Part shown: one piece after another, positions 13,901 through 23,044 of the stretch
How positions within the stretch are numbered: position 1 is the stretch's first letter
Layout: every line of letters starts with the position of its first letter
Assembly: GCA_036172245.1 (NCBI GenBank)
Contig: JAYWIR010000011.1
Location: 1,426,001 to 1,490,000 of the forward strand
DNA length: 64,000 bases
Direction: 5' to 3'
Source of the DNA: Raillietiella orientalis
Lineage: Eukaryota
Notes under the pieces: model-generated
Seen by the model: only the letters and a program-made list of their open reading frames with translations
Databases searched by the model: none
What the model was told of the DNA's origin: nothing
Translations under genes and position numbers: made by a program

Positions 13901-14239
13901 CTCCCCGGTATGCTCGAGTGGTATTGATTCCCAATAGGCTTGTTCTGAAGCACACGTCAGAAAGCAAGTGAGAGTTTCTGGAAAACCAAATGCATGTACG
14001 GTTCACACAAGGTGTTGCATCTGTCTCAATGCGAGTGGAGTCGTGTTCTCTCAGTCTTACGCTGAGTCTAAAAATAAACCGTGCAAGTGGTCATGCATAA
14101 ATGGTCCTTCCTTACTCGCGATTGCCAAATGATGAGAGTGATTGACGTGACAAGTTTTCACGAATATGTATATACATGTATGTATGGATGCGTGTATATG
14201 TATATAGTGATCCGAAACCAAGACAGAAAAGTCTCAGCT

Positions 14240-16160
14240 GTACGAATGCTGCGCTCCGTACCAGCACGTCGTGGAGATCATCCTGTCCACAGCCACCTTC
14301 GAGAGGGTAGACTACTGGGACGCCTTCAGGCATGTGATCCAGCAGTACGACGACAGGGACTACACTCAGAGGCGTACAGGGACAATGTTCATCCACAACA
14401 CTCCCTCTCTAAGTTCTGGGAACAGTACGCGAAGCGCTTCCAGGATCGCGACGAGAAGGACATAGGATGGCTGTAGAGACACAGCCTTCAATCCGACATC
14501 TTTTACGTCCACTACGACGGCCGAGAGTGCGGAACCTCGGAGGAGATCCTGGAAGCTTTCCCTCGCCACTACACCGAGCTCTTTCTCAAGAAGAGTCTGG
14601 ACCAGGGATCTTGAGAACGCATCCGTGGCAACCTGAATAAGTGCCTGAGTTTCCGAGAAATCAAGGTAATGCGCGCTGAATTCTCTCTGGACGACATCAG
14701 GACGGCTCTCGAGCAGCTGAGCAAGGACGCGGAGGCGGGTCCCGACAGCGTGTCCGTCACGCACTACAGGCGGCTCCTGCCCTCCTACCCCCGCCTCTTC
14801 CGCCAATTGCTGAACTGCGTCGCCAGGAAACGACGAGTGCCCGCCTCCTTCCACCGATGGATGATGCAGCTACTCTCATAGTGTGGCGGTGGGGACCTCT
14901 TCACGGCCAACCAGTGGAGGCCCATCTAGGTCCTGAACTAGATTGCGAAGTGGATGGCCAAGTTCTGGGCCAGAGGACCACAAGATCGGTGCTTTCTCCG
15001 ACGCAAACGTGCTCTGTGCCTGGCAGGCGCATGTTGGATAACATCAAGTGCGCTGGAGACCATATGGGATACAACGATGTCCTGGGAAACGACCTGGTGC
15101 TGGGCTTCACCGACATCGAGAAAGCCTTCGATTCGGTGGACCACAACATGCTGACGAACATCCTTCGCAAGTCGGCCTCCTGAAGCAGAAATCCTGCAGC
15201 ACGCGGAACGCACCCTCGAAGGATCCAGACTCCGACTGCACTGGAACGGACAGACCACAGAAGACATCAGCATGGAAAGAGGAGTCCGCCAGAGGGACGC
15301 CTTGAGTTCCATGTTGTTCATCATCAATATGGAGGTATTGATTGCCCTCGTGACCAACGAGTGACGTCTTAAAGGCATCACTCTACAAGAAAAATTCACG
15401 AGAACGCACCTGGTCTCATCACACTGAAAGGAGAACGGGATCCAAAGGCATTCCAGCTACATGGAAGGCCTCAGAAATGGCTAAGGGTGCCTCAGAAAAC
15501 AGCTTCCTATCGCCAGTGGATTTAATCCACTAGCGATTGGAACGGTGCTCTGAAGTGACCTGCCACCGGACACTCAGGATAACCACCTAATGTTTTACCA
15601 TGGAGCATCCTGAGTGGATGAAGAATGAAGCTATTCACGAGAAGAAGAGAAGAAATCTGCAGAGCATGTGGTGGCATCGATACAAGACTTCATGTTTTGA
15701 TCTGTCCCACAATGCAAACAGAGTGGCATACCCTGAAAAGGGTTATTGGGCTGCCCAACACCTCAACTATGGCGATCTTGACAGGGATGTTCCAAGGAAA
15801 TGGAACTGTTCCCTGCTATAATCCCATGGTAAGAGTGACCATCACCCTCTTCATCACCTCCATCCTTGTGCGGTGGTAGAAGATGAAGGCCACCAGGAAT
15901 GCCGTATCTCTGAAAGGGCTGATCCAGAAATAGATCGGCATCAGAAACTGCGGAAGAGTCCAGGCCTGGAACTACCGTCACATCCTGAGAAGGATTGAAG
16001 GCAGCATCCAGGCTCAAACGACGCCCAGGTAATCAAGTGCAGCAAACTTTTCAGAGACCCAAAGAAGTACACTTCAAGTGAGCAATAGTGAAGTGAAGTG
16101 CAGTTCTTTTGAAATTTTTATGAATGAGATTGTAGTGTGAATGCAAAAAGAAAAATAAAT
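14240..16160 (+). mobile_element. L1/Tx1-type non-LTR retrotransposon: RT and C-terminal zinc finger, pseudogenised
   Basis: RT domains in order: FSLDDIRTALEQLSKDAEAGPDS, QWRPI*VLN, QTCSVPGRRMLDNI, DIEKAFDSVDH, RGVRQRDALSSMLF. An internal deletion follows, then CRACGGIDTRLHVLICP...W and an A-rich 3' end at ~16145-16160. Confidence 0.9.
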
Positions 16161-16164
16161 CCAC

Positions 16165-16860
16165 CCCACCCCTTGTGGGACTTGGGGAAAACAAGGCATT
16201 CCTGTACATCCTGCGGGCCATGGAGCGCAGACTCGGACCGAAGGTGAATCCAGACAATTCCTGCCTGCTGGCCGTGGGAATGCCGGTCTCCTCTGTCCTT
16301 CGACTCACGGATTCCTCATCGCCGACCAAGCCAATTACTCAGGAGTGCTCATCGGCGACGAAGGCACGGCAGAGAATTCGCAACGGCACAAAATTCTTGC
16401 CAAACTGAGCGAGCAAACCAACCAGTGCAGGGGAGCCAAACTCTGCTTCAGAAAAAAAGGCAACTGGAACGGAACGATTGCGCGAAAGTTTCTATTCTCG
16501 GCATCCTTCGCGAAAATCCCAGTGAGAGTGCCCACGGAGTTCGAGAACATCCAACGAGAGTTGATCTGAAGCGGGAAGAAACCAAAGGTGAAGATGAAGA
16601 ACTTCTGTCGTCCGAGGGCGCAAGTGGACACCGGCATGCAGCAAATCTCCAGCGCCAACAAGCTCAAGGACCTGAAACACCTGGTTCGTTACGCCAGCGA
16701 GTGGGACGAAAGGCCGTTCGTATTCCACAGGACCTACACGAGGATGGCTCTCGGAACGGACGGCCTCATGTCTGCCATGTCGCGCGAATCCGGGCGTCGG
16801 AAAGTCGTCGACGCCATCTGCCCGAGTTGCAGAACCTTGCGAAGACGCTGAAGTTCAAGA
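16165..16860 (+). mobile_element. LINE ORF2 post-RT fragment
   Basis: A GLG-like thumb-distal segment followed by DAICPSC (start of a zinc finger); frameshifted. Confidence 0.35.
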
Positions 16861-17849
16861 CCGTCCCGAGAAACAGAAAACCGCATACCGCCCCCTGCGG
16901 CTGCTCCCAAGAGGCCACCGTCCTCCCCCCTGGGACTGAAAGCTGAGGGTAGTTGAGGTGAGTGAGAGGACCGCCCTTTGGGGAAGCGTAAGATCCCGCG
17001 TTCTTCCCTCTGGCAGTGGACATCCGGAGCAGCTCCGAGGTCCCGCGAGAGGTGCGTAACTCCGGGAATAAGTTTTCTTATTCCCGGAGTTACGGGAATA
17101 AGAAAACTTTCTTTGGAGCCGCTGCCGGCTAACTGGATCTGTCAAGAGGCCAGTAGGATCACAAGGAACCAGTTTCTGTTTTATAGGGATGCTGATGGGG
17201 CATGTGGAAACTACACAAACCGAGTAAACTTGAAAATTGGGAGTCCGTTCGCGAAATCGAATGGCTCTTGCTTTTGCCTGAAAATTCTTTCCGTTTGTAT
17301 CGAAAACACGTTGGTAATAGGGCTCTCCGTCGTTGGCGGAGGGCGTGCGCGCCACACACTGCGGCGCTGGCGAGAAACAAAGCTGCTGCGGAACGGCGGC
17401 CGTGAGCAGCTTGGAGTCTTCTGCCAGCGGGAATCCCAGCGCGGAAGGCTCGCATCATGCTGACAGCGCCCCGCCCTATCCCAAGGCGATGTCCGGGATC
17501 CGGAAATTTTTCCGTAGGTTGTTGGTTTGCGTTCCTCCACGGTGTCGCCATCGGAGATAAAGAAATTCCATGAATAAAATTATAAAGTCCAAACTCCTAT
17601 TCCTCGTGTGTTATGCGGGTTTCGAGTGCAGGTTTGGTTGGTTTGGTGAGCGCGGGGCATGTCGTCGCACCGTCGTTTGCCGCTTCGTGCATGCGCTTCC
17701 AGTGTGCCCCCAACGGCGCTCACCACGATCGGCATGCTTTGGCCGTCGAGGTTTCCTTCGCAGACAACCAGACTGGAGGTTCCCTTCCTGGATGCATCCC
17801 TTGTCGTGAGAGGAAGCGATTATCTTCTCAGGAGTCCTTACTGGATTCA

Positions 17850-19300
17850 TAGGTTGGCTTTCTCACAGGATACTTCCACAGCGCTGGGCGCACTCACAGC
17901 GCTGCGCTCCAGGCGACTCCCAGTCTGTGCATCGAACGGAGCGGGAGTACTTCCCCGTCTTTCCGTTCGCGCTCCCGGAATTCTGGGTTGCTGCGGGATG
18001 CGTTCGGGAGCCGCATTCACTGCAGACGGAGGCCAGCTGCTCCGCACGTGTAAGCTGCTTTCCCCAGCATGAGAAGGTCGGTGCTGGAGGCTGCTTCCGT
18101 TCATGAGATGGAGACCTCCGCTTTCACTGATGTGCCTCTCCTTGCTGGTGGCGAGTTTCGTCGGAGTCACTGCCGCTGTCGCAGCGCTAGCTGGTGCTCT
18201 CGACAATCCGCAGTTGCGGGCGTATGTGGCCTGTGGTGACGATGTCGCACTCCGGCACAAGGTGAGTCTCGGCGCTCATCGGGTGCGAGACAGAGGAGGA
18301 GCTCCATCGAATGCTCATTCGTACGGAGGTTTTCCTCTTCCTCGAGTCCATCAGTGGCTGCTGCTGCTCGAAACTGTCCTGTAGGCACGCTTTACTGACT
18401 CAACGGAGGCAGCATGCGCCGTTGACCAAGGAGGAAAGGTGGGTCGTCGCGACAGCTGAAGGCCTGTCTTTCGTGGACCACTGAGGTGGAGTCGAGACGC
18501 ACATTACGGACCGCGAACTGCTTGGTGTCCTGGCAGAGAGTTCGTCACCTTCCACGCTCTGTGGAGAAAATCGAACCCTCTGCAGAATAGCTCTGCAAAG
18601 CGGGCTCGCCTCAGCGCAAGTGGTGGTGGTGAAACGCGCACAATCCCGGTCCAGATCCAGGTGGATAAAATAACGGATCGACTGCGGTTTTCCTAGCAAC
18701 CGCGCGCGTTTCGCCAAGGTGAAAAGGAGACACCACATGATGAGGTGTCCCTCGGTGGATTGCCTCTGTTGCTGCGAGCGCGGTCACACGAAGATGTTCC
18801 CGGAACTCGTGCCAAAGCGGGGGAAAACAGGAAGTAAGGTGAAGGGCAAAACGCGGAAAGCGTGGTGGCAAAAAGCTCGAAAGAGCGGAAACCTTGCGTT
18901 GGGTTGGCGTTGCGAGAGGAAGAGAAGCGGCCGCCGCCATCCCGCGAGAGTCCGTACGATAGACTGCAGAGCCGAATGGTGAGAAACGGGAGGGGCAGAC
19001 TTGGCGCGTCTGCGCGGAGCCCCAGCCTCGCGTCCACGTTATGACCTACGCCTCGTTGTGATCCAGCACGCCTCCTTGCTTGCATTGCAGCGTTCTGCGT
19101 GCGACTGGTCGCTGGCTAGCCATGTCTGGGCCCTTTCGAAGACCAACACCGCCAAAGGGTTGCCGTGGTCCAGGAGAACCTCTGGATCTTCTGCCTCCCC
19201 GCCAACCGCACCAACTGGTTCCAGGAGTGCATCTTCGAGCATGAAAAGATCCACCGCATGTGCGCAACCCACTCAGGATGCGGTTGGCCTCCTCTCTTCC
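17850..19300 (+). mobile_element. Older LINE RT remnant
   Basis: PPLSLMCLSLLVASF followed by AYVACGDDVAL correspond to the QG.PLSP.LF and YADD RT motifs. Extent approximate. Confidence 0.55.
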
Positions 19301-19989
19301 TTGTCCCTCATGAGCGCGAGGGACAGCGGAATTCCTGCAAGATGGGAAGAAAAGTGCTGCATGTTGGCTGAAGAGCATTCAATCTTTACTAGTTAGAATC
19401 CGAATCGATCGAGCGTTCATCGAAATCCATGGTTTCTTCGAATGGTTTTGCAACATCCATCAACAGAGTGATGTACTGCCATTGATGAACTTTTTCTTTT
19501 CCCTTCTGATGAATCAAGCAACAAGAAACTTTTGGACAGCGTGCACTTCCACTCTCAATTTTCAATCTTTCATGGTAAGATCTCCATTTATTTCACTTTC
19601 CATTTCTCTTTTTAGAAAAGTGCATTTCATATACTTTTTCATCTAACTGATATATCAATTAAGTAATGATGCTCTCGTAATGATACAGAGCTTTTGACTG
19701 TATGGTCTTCTACCCAATTTGAATCACTCGAAGAGTAACCACGCCTTTTCAATGCTCTTTTGGTTATAAGTCTTGGTTTTGACACATCTTGCAAAAATCT
19801 AGCAGAAAAACAAGTCCATACTCACAGTTGTGTAAAACTACAAGCAAAATTGTTCCCTTCCATAACATGCACAGATGTTTGCATAAACGTGAAGGATAAG
19901 GATATAGTGCAGTTAAAACGAGAGGACTGGTATGACTCCTTCAAGAAAATCTGAATTCGTAGGAATCTAACGACGGAACATTTTAGGGG

Positions 19990-20678
19990 CACACTTATTC
20001 GGGGTGCCCGTTCGTATCTCACTGGAGGCATGCGATTTCGGGGCATCTTTCTTTGACGTGCTCGGTGGCCTCGCAGTTGATGCAGTACTTGCTCTTCCCG
20101 TAGTACCAGAGGTCGATGGGTTCTCCACCGACCACCACTTTATGGGACAGCCTTAACTCCTTGATGCGCACCACGTCAAGCTCACTAAGGATCCCGTCAA
20201 ATACGCAGAATCTGTTGGGCTTTGCCCAAAGCACGTGGACACTGCCGAATTTGTGAAGTTGCTCCTGTACGACGCTCGGTGACATCAGTACGGTAATGCC
20301 CCTTAGGTGGACCGCGTTAGAGTCGTCCACTGGAACGGGGAAGACCTGGTGGCCTCGACTCGGGGGTCCGCAACAGTCTTCGTGCTAGACACACCTCCTT
20401 GCAGGTCAACTCAGCGTGCTGTCCACGCTCCTGATCGTGATCCAAGTCACGTTCGATCTTTACGGATCCGCTTCGAAGGAACGCGCAGTGCGATCGTCGA
20501 AAACCCTGACTACCTTGTAGACTTCGGCCAAGGCTATGGCCGCTACAGAGGGCGCGGTGACCCCGGCGCTGTATTCCCTCGTCGGAGAGAAGAATGAAGC
20601 TCCGGAGACAGATGCAAGAGACGGTCTTCCGATACCCCCCTGGCTCTTTTTCGTGGTAGATTCAGGCACTTGCGCCAT
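19990..20678 (-). mobile_element. L1/Tx1-type ORF1 (gag-like, CCHC zinc knuckle), pseudogenised
   Basis: ATG at 20678 gives MAQVP...RPSLASV (SYA.V-like). Then VHLRGITVLMSPSVVQEQLHKFGSV...GEPIDLWYYGKSKYCINCEATEHVKERC, a CX2CX4HX4C knuckle. Internal stop and frameshift. Confidence 0.75.
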
Positions 20679-21781
20679 CCACACACCACCGAAGCCCAGC
20701 GACGACACCAAGTAAAGCAGGGGGTCGGGAGCGCTAACATAACACCTCCGAGTACGACCGCAAGTACGACCGCATGGAGAAAGGAATTCCCCTTCTTGTT
20801 GTTGTTTTCGCTTTTCTTCGAAATAAGAGAACGGTCGAGTGTGGAGAACTTCAGCTGCGAGTTCCAAACTTTCCACCTGTCCATACTCATCTTGTCGTAA
20901 TTTGGTTCCCAATTTGAGAAAACAATAATGTGAGGTGGTTGGAAGTACTTGATCGATCCTTGATATTTTGAGGCAAACATGATGCCGTTCTTCATGGTTT
21001 CTATAAACCCATACTGGACGATCTCCTGGTTGTCCCTTGTCAGGTCGACGACGATGATGTGTTCTCCGTTATAAATGTGGGCGGCATCAGCCTTCTTGCA
21101 GCTGTGCATGTATATGGCGCCCTTCTTTAGGTAGAGAAATTTGGCAAATGTGGTTTTGCCGTGTCCACCTTCGGGATCGAAGTACCAGTATATTTTTCTG
21201 GCGTCAGGGTTTGTTCTGATGAGTTTCAGTATGTCCATCTGCCATGTACGAAGTTGGAGGCCAGCCATGGGGTTTGGGTGTAATCTGCTTCTTGTCAATC
21301 GGAAGCATTCTTTGACGAAGTTTATGTTTTTGCTGTAGAACTTCGTATGGTTTTCCAAGATGTCAAGCTCTGTGGCTCCGTTTTTAATTTGCTGGAGAAT
21401 CTGGAAGATATTGGAATTATTATCATTATAAATTATAATTACCATGTCCTGGTAGTCGGTTGTTTCTTTGTGTTGTTGTATGAGGCCGTATGTCCATGCT
21501 TCCTTATCTTCTTTTGTGCAGTACCGTAAGTTGCTTTCGGGTGATCCTTTTGCTCGTTCGAGATGTGCTTTGTCGAACGGCGGTCGTTTGAGGCTTGGCA
21601 AGGTGCGTGGATCACGCAACTGGAAATAGCCTTGCAGGTGAGGTGTTCCTGTTGTAGCTGTTTCTTTGCCAATGACTGCGTAGGTGCATTGGCGTCTGCA
21701 CCATTCTTTTATTTGTTGGAGTTCTTCTTCGAGATAATTGCAGAGCGTGAAACACCAATACAGAAAGTGTCCGTAAGGCAT
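20543..21781 (-). CDS. rep: CRESS virus replication-associated protein (HUH endonuclease + SF3 helicase); viral part 21781-20866, then read-through into flank
   Basis: Motif I WCFTLCN, motif II TPHLQG, motif III YCTK, Walker A DPEGGHGKT, Walker B IIVVDL, motif C VFSN, Arg finger MDRW; no internal stops. Candidate 42-nt intron at 21401-21442. Confidence 0.96.
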   Translation of the reverse strand: MPYGHFLYWCFTLCNYLEEELQQIKEWCRRQCTYAVIGKETATTGTPHLQGYFQLRDPRTLPSLKRPPFDKAHLERAKGSPESNLRYCTKEDKEAWTYGLIQQHKETTDYQDMVIIIYNDNNSNIFQILQQIKNGATELDILENHTKFYSKNINFVKECFRLTRSRLHPNPMAGLQLRTWQMDILKLIRTNPDARKIYWYFDPEGGHGKTTFAKFLYLKKGAIYMHSCKKADAAHIYNGEHIIVVDLTRDNQEIVQYGFIETMKNGIMFASKYQGSIKYFQPPHIIVFSNWEPNYDKMSMDRWKVWNSQLKFSTLDRSLISKKSENNNKKGNSFLHAVVLAVVLGGVMLALPTPCFTWCRRWASVVCGWRKCLNLPRKRARGVSEDRLLHLSPELHSSLRRGNTAPGSPRPL

Positions 21782-21846
21782 GATGTCTTCAGAAATTCTG
21801 TCGAGGTGAGACTGGTGTATGCCTCATGGTGTGGTGACTGCGTAGA

Positions 21847-21882
21847 AGATGCTATCTGGTTAGTATTACCCAGATAGCATCT
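21847..21882 (+). promoter_or_regulatory. Rolling-circle replication origin stem-loop with TAGTATTAC nonanucleotide
   Basis: AGATGCTATCTGG-T-TAGTATTAC-CCAGATAGCATCT: perfect 13-bp stem, nonamer at 21861-21869, lying between the rep and cap starts. Confidence 0.96.
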
Positions 21883-22125
21883 AGCTTATTCGGCAAAACC
21901 TTGGAAATTGTGTCATGTTTCAGTTTTTTATGAGGGTGTCTGGTTAATGTCCGCAGTCGTGAAGGGCTTAGGAATGCGGAACAAGATGTACTTGTCCACG
22001 TGTGCAGGTCGTGGCATGATCCGACCTCGTGGAGGGCTTAGTAAGTCGGATGGCGTGTCTGCCACCAGCCTCAGATGAGAGGGAGGGAGGGGCTCGGTGA
22101 CGTCAGTCTTCGTTGAGTCATCGGG

Positions 22126-23044
22126 GTGGCTGCACGTGGCGGTCGCCGCGCTCGTAAGAGATATGCTGCGAAGTCTCGCGGGTTTGTTGGAGAGCGTAGG
22201 CGTGTAGCTGTTAGCGGCTATTCGACTTGCAAGAAGCGAAGACGTCCGTCGTCGTCGTGTGTTGCGATTATATCGGAGGCCGCGTGGTCGTTTGTCTAGG
22301 GCGAGACGCGTTGTGAAGAGGGATGTAATGTTAAATGCTGTGCATTATTCGTCGTTGCGGTCAGCTGATGGAGATTCTGTAAATTGTTCGTGGATGTTTA
22401 CTTACGTGGAGAACGGATGGACTTTGGCTAGCGTATTGTCTGAGCTAAATTTGTCTGAGTTTGCTCGTTATTATCGTTATGTGCGATTTCGTGGAATGGC
22501 TATGAAGATAGAGCCGATGTCATTAGGTTTGACTATCGGAAATATGGCTGAAGAGTTTGGAATGAAGGTGTCATATCGCAATTTGTTGTTGTATCAGGCG
22601 TCTGCTCAAGGTGAATTTTTTTCGTCGTTGGCTGGTATGCCTTACCATAAAGTGGAGGATGTTATAAGTGGACATAAGGAGACGAGTGGTTGTATGGCTC
22701 GTTATTTCGGTGTACGTGGCATTCGTGTGTACTCGAAGGCTTATGTAAGGAAGGATATGGAATGTTTTGGTGGACAGCTGAAACGTTGGATACGATGCCC
22801 TTGGATAGATTGTGGAGAGGGTACAGGTCTTGATCGAGAGTTGAATTGTACAATGTTTGTTGGTCGTATGCATGTACTGAAGCACATGTCTGGAGTGGAC
22901 ATACCTGATTCGATAAAGGCTAGTTGCCAGTCAGGTGTATGTCCTAAAAACGGCTCGATGACTCAAGGGTACCCAATATTCAGACTGACTCGAACATTCT
23001 ACTTAGAGTTCAAGCATCTGAGAGACCCTTCCTTGTATAATTGA
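22126..23044 (+). CDS. cap: CRESS virus capsid protein (start uncertain; main frame open 22208-23044)
   Basis: Arg-rich N-terminus (VRRRRVLRLYRRPRGRLSRARRVVKR), circovirus-type jelly-roll signature SEFARYYRYVRFRGMAMKIEP and C-terminal TFYLEFK. Position opposite rep fits. A further Arg-rich segment lies in another frame from GTG at 22126. Confidence 0.85.
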
